Shown here piece after piece: positions 14,001-26,000 of a DNA stretch of 64,000 nucleotides (the stretch's first letter is position 1; each line of letters starts with the position of its first letter). The stretch is taken from contig NMRA01000942.1 of NCBI GenBank assembly GCA_002633005.1, forward strand, positions 3,487 through 67,486, read 5' to 3'. A program made the position numbers and the translations under genes. This DNA is from Phoronis australis. Taxonomy: Eukaryota > Animalia > Phoronida. The notes below the pieces were generated by a model that ran no database searches, had not been told where the DNA came from, and saw only the letters and a program-made list of their open reading frames with translations.

Positions 14001-17000
14001 TCATCTATAATAGGAACATATTTGCAAAATTTCATGAATGTACGTCAAAGGCTTTTGGAGATAGAGCAGCGGACGCCGTACGCCGGACGCCGGACGCCGG
14101 ACGCCGGACGGACGGACGGATGGAGATGACGGCATAATGCGTCCACATATGTGGGCGCATAACAAGTCGAGAGCGGTCGGAAGACACCTGCCCCCACACA
14201 ACGCCTCATTCCCATTCGTTCCCACGACGAAAAAGCGCCGGGTTCAAAACCCCAGCGTGATTTTTGCTTGTCTTATCAAGTTGTGGCTTTTGTCTATCTG
14301 ACGAACTCGCTGCATTCTCGATCGAAGCCAAATTACTATTCGATCGGGGGTATTCGTCCGCAGTCTTCGTTTACAGTTTACGCCTACTAGGTTGCGTGCT
14401 CGACATGTGCACACCGAGTGGTAGGGGGGAGGGCTCGAGGGAGAGCTTGAGCGAGCCCCCCATTTGGCGAAGTGGGCAAAAAGGTCCGCCTCAGAGAAAC
14501 AAAAAATCCAAGAAAACGAGGCAAAAGTCCACAAAAAAGGCAGACACACAGTTTACAGTTTTGAAAGTAGTACACCGTCTTTTCTAGTCCTGCAAAAATT
14601 GGATGGCAATAGTAAATAATATTGAAAAGCATTGAAAACAGCACAGCAATTACGTGATATGGTTTCCTAACTCAAGCATGTATCGCCAGGGCAACTTAAT
14701 TCCCATGTGTAGTGTGAACAGATTCCCTTTCGCTAACTGGTACCGGTGCAAGGCGTCACCTTTCAATTTTGTTAGCTCACGTGACTTCTCAATTAAGAAG
14801 GTCAATACAGTCAGGAACTCGGCTGAATTTTCGTTTTGCATGCTGGAATGTGGAACAAGGCTTCACTGTAATTGGCACAACAGTAGCATTATTGGTTCTT
14901 AACACAACTTCTGCCTTGCAAATTTCAAAAGCAACACTTCATCCACACTTTGTCGGCCATCAACATTGAAAGCCATCGGAGTGTGGCGCAGTCAAAATTT
15001 AACAGCTTGTGACTCACTTTCAAACTCGCACCACTTGCCAAAGAAGCCAACATCGCAGATGCACTCGCACGTTTGGAAGTCATACGCGCCACGATAGTTG
15101 CAATATTTCTCACGTGTGGTCGTCAGGCAACCTATAAAGGAGTACTTATTTCACAAGACACTTCTGTGCGCGGTTGCATGAAACAGTCCCAAATAGGGAC
15201 TCAACTAAGTTCCCTAAATCTACTGCTTATTTTTAGACTTGTTAAAACACCGATTGTCCTTTCTGATGCTGTTTGAGTTTCATTACTAGTCAACTTTTGA
15301 TTTTGATACAAATCGGGAGTGATCTCAATGTTGAATTCTCAATATTATATAAAATGTGTAGGTGGGATCTTTTCATGCAACGCTCCTAACTTAAGGACTA
15401 GGTCCCTATTTGTTTTCATGGAATTTTTCCCTCCCCTACTCTATAGACCTTCCATGCTCGTATGTCATCGGCGGAATACTCAAAGTTTGTCAGCAAACTT
15501 ATCCCTGGGATACTGTGCTTGGGAAGGACCTTTGGGGCATTCACACTACAGGTCGACACNATTTTTTGGGGATATAGTATCTTTGATATTAATAAAATTT
15601 GATAATTTGTAACAAAGTTAGGCAATTACTTTAATAAATGATTCATATCTTACCCGCAGGTCTTTGCACACATCTCCGTGGCGAGTTCACCCTCGAGGCT
15701 TTGTACGTTGCACAAGCTTTTCCACCGTGCACCACAAAACATACGGATATCTTTGCACTCATCTGTAGTGTAGTAATCAAAGTGAATATGATCAGCGAAG
15801 GGCAGATCTACTTTTCTCGTAAGGGAGGAGGTGAATTAAAACCAATAAGAAAGGAAAGCGTGGGGCAGTGGACGTAAGTTAAGTAGTAACCTTAGACAGA
15901 AAAAACTCCCTAATATTTTTTCTTTCAGAAAATAATTATAAGCTTTTAGCAGTTGACAAAACCGAATCTATAAATACGAGTTAGATCGGAGGCCACAGGT
16001 TTGGGATAACCCTAAAGGGTTTTCATGTCACTTTTAATTATTCGTGAGTTCAGTGAATGTAAACATTTGGCGTGACACTGATCAAGGGAATTGTCTTGTA
16101 AATAATCCATTCATTCAACTTTTAGATTTTTAAAACGTCTATGTTACGTGTAAGATGCTACTAATAGATGCCTATTTGCCAAATTTTATGAAAACACGTT
16201 AAGGACCTTTGAAGATATAGAGGTAAGCGTAAAAATTTAAAATTGCCACTAGGGGGCACACCGGAAGTCGGATCCGTGCGAAACGTTGCTGATGTCGTCT
16301 CATCTATAATAGGAACATATTTGCAAAATTTCATGAATGTACGTCAAAGGCTTTTGGAGATAGAGCAGCGGACGCCGGACGGATGGAGATGACGGCATAA
16401 TGCGTCCACATATGTGGGCGCATAACAAGTCGAGAGCGGTCGGAAGACACCTGCCCCCACCCAACGCCTCATTCCCATTCGTTCCCACGACGAAAAAGCG
16501 CCGGGTTCAAAACCCAGCGGGATTTTTGCTTGTCTTACCAAGTTGTGGCTTTTGTCTATCTGACGAACTCGCTGCATTCTCGATCGAAGCCAAATTACTA
16601 TTCGGGGGTATTCGTCCGCAGTCTTCGTTTACAGTTTACGCCTACTAGGTTGCGTGCTCGACATGTGCACACCCAGTGGTAGGGGGAGGGCTCGAGGGAG
16701 AGCTTGAGCGAGCCCCCCATTTGGCGAAGTGGGCAAAAAGGTCCGCCTCAGAGAAACAAAAATTCCAAGAAAACGAGGCAAAAGTCCACAAAAAAGGCAG
16801 ACACACAGTTTACAATTTTGAAAGTAGTACACCGTATTTTCTAGTCCTGCAAAAATTGGATGGCACTAGTAAATAATATTTAAAAGCATTGAAAACAGCA
16901 CAGCAATTACGTGATATGGTTTCCTAACTCAAGCATGTATCGCCAGCGCAACTTAATTCCCATGTGTAGTGAGAACAGATTCCCTTTCGCTAACTGGTAC

Positions 17001-20000
17001 CCGTGCAAGGCGTCACCTTTCAATTTAGTTAGCTCACGTGACTTCTCAAATAAGAAGGTCAATACAGTCAGGAACTCGGCTGAATTTTCGTTTTGCATGC
17101 TGGAATGTGGAACAAGGCTTTACTGTAATTGGCACAACAGTAGCATTATTGGTTCTAAACACAACTTCTGCCTTGCAAATTTCAAAAGCAACACTTCATC
17201 CACTCTTTGTCGGCCATCAACATTGAAAGCCATCGGAGTGTGGCGCAAAGTCAAAATTTAACAGCTTGTGACTTACTTTCAAACTCGCACCACTTGCCAA
17301 AGAAGCCAACATCGCAGATGCACTCGCACGTTTGGAAGTCATACGCGCCACGATAGTTGCATGTTTCCTCTCGTGGGGTCGTCAGGCAACCTATAAAGGA
17401 GTACTTATTTCACAAGACACTTCTGTGCGCGGTTGCATGAAACAGTCCCAAATAGGGACTCAACTAAGTTCCCTAAATCTACTGCTTATTTTTGGACTTG
17501 TTAAAACACCGATTGTCCTTTCTGATGCTGTTTGAGTTCCATTACTAGTCAACTTTTGATTTTGATACAAATCGGGAGTGATCTCAATGTTGAATTCTCA
17601 ATATTATATAAAATGTGTAGGTGGGATCTTTTCATGCAACGCTCCTAACTTAAGGACTAGGTCCCTATTTGTTTTCATGGAATTTTTCCCTCCCCTACTC
17701 TATAGACCTTCCATGCTCGTATGTCATCGGCGGAATACTCAAAGTTTGTCAGCAAACTTATCCCTGGGATACTGTGCTTGGGAAGGACCTTTGGGGCATT
17801 CACACTACAGGTCGACACATAACAGCCTTTGACTCCTCCTCTAGACTCTAGCGCATGTCTCAGGTCGACTGCATTTTGAACGTTGTTGTCTTCATTGACG
17901 AAGTATTTGGCATGGGCCTTCAAGGGTGCGATTTTCCTGTCACAGATGTCTTTTCCCTTCTGACTTTCACTGAAGTCGTAGCACAGAATGGAGATGCCGG
18001 TGTTACCAGATATGTAGAACAAATGAATCAGAAGGGCTGCTGAATGGTAACAATTGGCATTGTCGGAAAACATCGGTTATTTGTGGATCCGTAGCTTTCA
18101 CCTGCATTAGCACGTCTAGCGTTAAACAGCAAACAGTGAAAAAGTCTTGCTTGCAGGCATCTAGAGTATGGATGTGAGTATGTACCTGAAATACAACATT
18201 TATGTAACTCAAATAAGTCAGCTAATCTAAAGAACTACCTTATTACATCTTGTTACCACCTAAACCGCAATCACACCACTCAACTTCAAACATGGTTCGT
18301 CTCGAGACGGTTGTTATATCAGTAGCTCCTTCAAAACATTACTAGGGAGGGAGGAAATTCCCCCTTCACAAAGGTATGAAAATCATCCATAAGTACAAAA
18401 AGGCTTCAGTTAAAATGAGGGTTTGTGTGCAAACTCTAGTAAGAAACAAAGAATGCATCACTGTCAAGCTTTTGTCAGGAAATGGCAAGAAAAAGACTAG
18501 ATATTAAGTGCACACTCCCTGTATCATGTACTGTTACACTAAATCAATGTACTAAAAAGAGGTAAAGGCAATTGTTCATCACTGGCTTTCTGTTAAATAT
18601 TGAGCACATCTGAGTATTACCTTGTAACACCTTGAATACTAATAGAGGATTTATTTTTACCTGATTGGTTTCACCTTTCTTTGAGATACAAGCCGCCACG
18701 TGCCATGAAATACCCTTTTTATATGGAATCGTTCTTAATTCCTTAGAATATGGCGTTGCATGAAAAGGTCCCTGATTATTCACATTACAAACACATCAAA
18801 AAGGAACGCGCTGGAAAGATTAACATTAGTGTGAGAAAAAGGTCTACAAATGCACTAAAATATTAGGGAAAAATTCAATTCGTGTTGCGACAGTTTCATG
18901 CAATGGACCACTGGCATCCGGGCACTCAACATGGCGCATTCACGGGTCATAAGGAAGATTCTTCGTAATTTTCGACTTCATGTATTGCTATGTGACTTCC
19001 AGGACTATCCTCAAGGTAATTCCTGTCTTTGAACTGCTATGGCACACACTGCACCGGAAATGGTCAGCTGGTGCAAGGGTCATCTATTTCTCAAAATGTA
19101 TTTTATCAGTTTCAAAGATGCATATCCTCATCTTCAGTGAACAGGTTTTAGGCCAGCTACACTCTTACTACAGGTATCATTGTTTGAACGACACAGTGGC
19201 CTAATAAGGTTAAATAGATCAAAGATTGCCTGGTGTAAACATAAAATTTGAAGTTAGGCTTTATGCCAAAGATTAGCACAAGAAAGCAACCTGGAATTCC
19301 ATATGTTAGGGTCATTAGGTGAGTTTATCGGTTCATCAAGTGCAAGTTTCGTCAGAATAGTCGATTCTTATGTATTGAAAGCCAGACTTCTGTGATTCCG
19401 AGTTTTATATAAAGCTTTTATGTACATGTAATTCACTTCTCTCTATGTTTCACATCACTTACACATTGCCTTATATACAAACCTGGGCCATATGGTCGGG
19501 AGTTATTGCGTTCCATTCTGGAATGGAAATAATTGTGCTGAAGACGTGTATTTGCCCATCGGAATTTTATGATAATCAAATATTATTCACAAAGCCATGT
19601 CGAAAGCCATACTTCAAAAATTACGAAATTAACAGGATTCGTAAGTTCTACAACGTCCACAATTTTCATGAAAAAACAAACGTGAATGGTTTTACATACC
19701 ATAGGTTTTCACTTAGGTTGCAGTGCAGGACTTTCCATAAAAGTTAAGAAATAAACGTTTTTCTTCAGAAATCAGAAGTTAGTGATACTTGCAGTGTATG
19801 TTACCGTAAACAAGAGACATTGTAACACAATTTTACGATCGTTACGTTACTAAAGACAGTGAAATCCGGACAACGACAGTATTCATAAAAAGAAACAATG
19901 CTGTTGCCCAGTTGCCACGGTCAACATCAAAGAACGAAAAAGGAACAACTGAATTGAAAATCAGCCCTTCAGGCTAAAAAGCGGGGACCTCTGGATCTAA

Positions 20001-23000
20001 GCCAAAACGAAAGTGTGAAATAGTCGCCGTAACACACAAACAAGCACCGAAAGCGGTTTGTGTCGAATGGGAGACAACAACCAAAAATGGCTGTCAGCTT
20101 TTTTGTTGCTGTTTTTTATACTTGAATGGGAAATTCCAGGTGCCGCAAGAACATGAAACGTCTATGTCGTTCGGGAAATTAGAATAATATAGTCCAATAT
20201 GTCAATTAATGCAAGAGATTTACATGATGGTGTGGCTGGATGGAGAAAAAATTCAGAAAAGTGGGACAGTCCGCCAAGAACGGGGCAATTGACAAATACG
20301 CTGGGCGCTGTCATCAACACAAAGTACTAGATTGTTTTTTTTTCAGAAGACTAACTTTTCATTTTTCAAAATATTGTTTCACAAGCCACTGATAACAGTA
20401 GGCTTGGATTAACAAAAAACGGCATCTGGGCATCAGATAAACGTTGCACAAATGAATTATTCAAGAAACAATTGAAAGTAGTTGTACACATACACACACA
20501 CGCACAAACACAAACACACTTGGCAAAGCTATTATGAGTGATTTTGCGAAAATTACGTTAACTCTCCTGTTTTGAGTCTACAAACTTTTCATTTAGGCCA
20601 AATGTAACGTATTTCTGTAAAATATTGTTACATGAGTTTACTAGTCAAAAATGTCTTGTTGAAGCACTCTTGGCATGTAATATGATAGGTTACCGTAAGT
20701 TGTTCTACGACTGGAGCTGAAAAGATAGCAGATGCTGTCGTCTGCATTCACCCAGGGCAACAGGTCGGTGCTGATCAAGAATGACCAGCGTCACGGTAAC
20801 TGTTGGGTTTGTTGACTAATTTTGCCGAGAAATCGCTCATTGTATGGAGCCGCTTGGTGAACAGTAAGAACAAAATGAAAATGAAGCAATGGAATTAGGC
20901 TTGATTTTATAACTGCAACTCAAGATCAAAACTCAGTCGAGCAGGTAGATGGAAATTCTCATTGCAAACTTTCGCGACTAGTTTCGGGTGGCAAACTGAA
21001 GTAATAGAAGACATAGGACACGTGACAGAGTTGATATTCCATGGGTAGAGTTCTACGATTTTTAAAAAGACTATTTTGGTGAGAACTGAGACAAATAATG
21101 CTGCCCAACTTTTCACTGTGCTTCAAAAATCTACTGTTTTGATATTCGCTAACAAAAATTGAAAAAATGTCACCAGCCCAAGCCTCAACAATTATTAAGG
21201 AAATGAATCCTCACACCACGTGTCATGTTCCTCGACATTTTTACCACTGCAACCGCCTATTACAAGCGTTTGATTTCTATTGAAATATTGAAAGCTTGAC
21301 AAGTTCGATGTAAAATATAACTTACTCCTCGGGATTAAGAAAAGCGGGGTAGTAGTTACACGAGAACATGAACTGTTTGTCAATTTTTCTTGTGAATGTT
21401 TTTGTTGCGCTGTCGTAACCTCCATCCATTTTTTCACAAAACTTAAAGCCGCAACCAACTTTGTATGTCTTCTGCCATGCCATCTACGAGGAGAGAAACG
21501 AAGTTTTCAGTCGAGAAAGAGCTCATTGTCATTGTTATATAAGCGTTTGGTTACAATGTTCCATAGCAACAGAGCGGATGATTGTCGTACTGCTACGGAC
21601 AATGTTGGAAATATACCATAGAAAAACGTTCATACTGTTATACCACAATGCAACTTGGTTAAATTTGGAATGAGTATGAGCCAAGTGAAAATTCAAACTG
21701 TCAATTTAGGATATCATTAAACTTGGTATAAATTCAATTATTTAGATGTTAATGCCGTCTCCAACTGAACAGTCAACTGGCAACAGAAAACCTATTTCGA
21801 TTTCGTAAATTTTAAAATCATCACGGTTGATTTTATCTCAGAATAGATTTACGGAACACATAGTTAAAGAACACTTTTGCAGATTGCGTGCAGCTTGCGC
21901 TAAAATGTGCATATCGAACAGAATGTCAAATACTTGGATCTATTTTGGATGTCGAACTGTTGAAAACTCTGCGCAACGGGGGAAAATTTGAAGAGATTGT
22001 TCGTCAACAACCTCCTTATTGCTTCTGTCCTCAATAGCTTCAGCGTACCAGTGTCTGAATCCGCCATTTACATTGTAACCTAGGGGCGAACTCGTGAACT
22101 AAATCACTCTACTGGTCACTACTACTATAATAATAAATGACGTCGTTTAGTCAACAGCTGAGAATGGAGACGATTTGATTCTTAAACAGAGGTGTTTTAT
22201 ATCCGGTTAAGATCGATTATGGTTCCCAAAATATCCTACAAAGTATTTCCCATTCCTCTGATTGATGTCCGCTTCACAAATTTGTGAACAAGTTTTCGAT
22301 GGCGGCCCTTCAGCTCTATTTTAGCTGAGCATTGGCTTGTCTAATGTGTGCTTCCCTGTGTTGCTATAACGTCAAACGATTTCCGGAATAGTCCGATGGA
22401 TGTACAATAACAAAAACACGTTCAAGGAAGTTTTTTTTAACTTAAATTTTTATTGCAATTATGACTGGTAATTTTATGCCCCACCCCTGGAATTTGTAAA
22501 AGATCCCCTTTGGATACTCTTTCGCATGTTTACGGCAACGTGTGTACTCAGCCATATGAATTCTCTGTAACAAAATAATTAGCATTCGCTAAGGTGTGCC
22601 AAGTAATCATACGCACCTGCAAGTAGTGCTCGCATACTCTACCAGGAGCACACGTGTCCGTAGTATAGTTGTAATGACTCTTCTGGTGCAGCCACCAATG
22701 GTGAACTAACATCCCTGCAAAGTCGATCTTGCGATTGGCGGTAGTGTAAGTATAGCGCCAGCCGACCTGCCCATTCGGAAACCATGACCTGGGTACCGGT
22801 CCTGGGCAGTAACTGAACAGAAATGATTCGTGAATTAGAAAATCATGATGCATAGTCCACCGTTTTCTTCACTTCTCTTCGATTAAGAATTTGCCAACTA
22901 AGACCTCCTCTGCGGAAGCCATAATACAGACTCTTATCTTGAAATGCCCTGCAACACTATCGAGATAGCTTTCAAAGATTAGACCCAAGGCCCAGAAATT

Positions 23001-26000
23001 CAGCAATGAATAAATCAAACTTCTGCTTATGTTGAAAAATGGTGGTATGTTGAGGAACGTAATTTTAGAGCATACTGTGATTGAACTATTTCGTGCTAAA
23101 CTTGATTTCACGAAGAAGTTTTGGAGGAATGAATCAGAAAGAACACCTTTAATTGTTGCGACTTGTAAGGTTACAATTACCAGTACTGTGATTTTGGTGT
23201 GAAATACTCTGAATAGCATATAGAATAATTCATTTTCTGTAACAGACGTCCATGCACATTGCAAACAGACACCTGACGCAATTTGTAACATGGGCCTTGG
23301 CAAATACATTGGCAAACAGACTTGTGTACGCATGTGACATTTCAGCAATTGGCAATTTCTATGATCGTGCATAAGTCAACATTAACGTTAAGGAAAACCT
23401 GAAGGAAAATCTAAAGGATAAGTATAATGACAGTGTTAGGGGAAAACTTAAGATAAGCTCAAAATATAGCATCAGTTCATTTTGATAACTATTATATCAG
23501 TGCAGTTTTGATACTTTTTAGTCTACATGTATTTCAACCTTATATTTCTTAAGTGACCAACCGAAAGTGCATGTGACCCCTCTGAGTCGTCTCATGGAAA
23601 GTGATTGGAGGTTTAAAGGTTCAAGACCAAACTTCAGTCAAATTTAAGACCTTAATTCGTGCTGTTGAGACAGAAGCCGAAACTTTGCAAAAAGTCCACG
23701 AAGACAGTGTTGACTTTCGGCCTTCGGCCAAGTTTGGTCATATTTAGGTCTGCTAACTAAGCGTTAGGCTTATGTTACCGATTCAACAGATTATAAGAGT
23801 TTTTCCTAGTTGATACAAACATTATCGGATTGACAAAGTCGTGATAGCATTATTTTGTTTCAACAATTAAATGTTGAATTGGCGTCAATATCCGTTGACA
23901 GTTGACAACCGGGTTTCAGATCACAATCTATGATAAAACGGTGAAATTTCCATGAAACCGTCTTCAGAACGTTTCTAATGTGACATTCGACATCAGTCTC
24001 GGTGGCATGAATGGCAAATCGTTATGGATTCACAAAACAGCATTGGACTACTTACTATTCATAATAGGCCTTTTCTGTTTGACACGAGTCCGCCATCAAT
24101 TGTGAGCGACCTGCTAACTTGTCGTCCCATTCCTACAAAAAAGCGAAAAGATCAGAACTGACATGCACAAGATGCAGGTTGCTCAAGTCGCCGACAATTT
24201 CGTAACAAGATGAAGTGATTTGGGAAAATTCAATGGGAATATAAAGTATAAACCTTCATTGAGTCCTACACGTATCACGCACATATAATGTTTATTTTTA
24301 AGATACACTTCGTCTTGTTTTTCGGGGTAAAACGAATCTTGAATTACGACTTTGACTCTAAAAATTGGTCTGATATTCCTTATAGCAATAGAATTCAATT
24401 TCGGTTACCAAATAGAACGATGAAACTATCATGGGCTCCAGAAAACGTTTCCGGGTTGGGTGATCAACCCCGTATTTGCAAATTATACTTGAATTCCAGG
24501 GTTTCTTTCTATGGTACGCCAGATGAGTTAGTCAGTGGCAATGGGTCACAGCGTGTTAGATCCAAACTTAAACTGTTTGCTCCATAGTATGGATTCACTC
24601 ATCACATGGGCAACTCCAACAGATACCCGCAAGGAAACGTGGAGGCGGAAACAGTAAAAAAACAAACAAAAACTGCCAAATGAGTTGGGAGGAGAGAAAG
24701 ATTGTTAATTCACTGTTCTTGCCTTCGACATCACTACGGATTGGATTCAGCTCAGCTGAGCTGTTGATGGTCTGAAATATTTTTTAAATGTTTGTCATGA
24801 GATCTTCTGTACAATAAATATACATGCCCAGATGGCCAGGAGGCTTTTGGTTTATTAATACGAAGACATCTATATACAATTATTATGCACAAATACATAA
24901 ATTAAAAAACAGATATTAAGATTACAATGGCATATGATTACGAATGTAAATAAATCATTTTTATACACAATAAGTTATTTCACATTATACAAAATTATTG
25001 GCGCACACAAAAGAAGCTGCGAGCGGCGTTTGTTCCCCGAAACACAGCCAAGTAAGTACCGCAGCTACGAAGGTTAACATTCATGAGAACGATAGGGAAG
25101 AGAAACGACAACGGAAATATTGACGTCGACAACTAGACATTTGTTATGTAGTTGAGGTCAAATGACACTGTCTTGGAGAAATGTTCACGTAAGGCATACC
25201 ACAATTACTGTATTTGTCACGAGACATCCCGAGCCTTTGTTGGACATGCATCTGTAGTATGATCGTGAGGGTCACACTAACAGTGATTGTACATGTACAG
25301 ATTACCGTAAAAATGTAGCGTGAGGGTCACACTAACGGTAATTGTACAAGTACAGATTATCGTAAAATTGTAGCGTGAGGGTCACACTAACGGTGATTGT
25401 GCATGTACAGATTACCGTAAAATTGTAGTGTGAGGGTCACACTAACGGTGATTGTGCATGTACAGATTACCGTAAAATTGTAGCGTGAGGGTCACACTAA
25501 CGGTGATTATACATGTACAGATTACCGTACAAATGTAGCAATTTCTGAGATCACTGATACGCCGTAAAGTGTAACAATTTTGTCAAATGTAACGACAGTT
25601 ACATTTACGTCCTTCTTACATTTTATGTTGGTAAGCCTCTCCTAAAATGTAAGAAAATGCGCTGGCGAGGAATGTATTATTGTAACATTTACGAAACCAA
25701 CGTCATACCACAAAAGAAATGACCAAAATCATGAGCAAGTGGTGTCTGACACGGCCGGGGATACTCTAAAATTTTTGGACGAGGGGTGCTTTTCGAAAAT
25801 TTGGACACCTAGCCTCAGACAAAAAGTTACGCACTTTGTTTTTTAAAACATTGTAATTTTTTAAAAAACATCCTCTATTTCGCGCATTTCGGTTCCAGAA
25901 ATTCAGAAAAGCCACCCTATAGATAAATAAGTGCATTTCGCTCCAATTGAGACAAATTAATTCACTTAGGAAGTAGCGGCGGTGGAATACCGTATCAATA

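Larger units (their letters stand above)
13259..17818 (+). other. Tandem near-identical duplication (~2.3 kb) joined at the single N at 15560; contains gene A exons 6-7 twice
   Basis: 13259-15559 approximately equals 15561-17818. Confidence 0.8.

Noticed and set aside
18544-18783. PYKKG...C segment as the CAP hinge exon of gene A
   Set aside because: KKGISWH belongs to the transposase fragment; there is no counterpart in gene B and the phase does not fit.
20690-20850. Conserved block in intron 4 (also 58260-58420) as a hidden exon
   Set aside because: Indels differ between paralogs and no splice sites are shared.
25265-25540. CRISPR-like regular repeat
   Set aside because: Units are contiguous with no unique spacers, there are no cas genes, and the context is eukaryotic.
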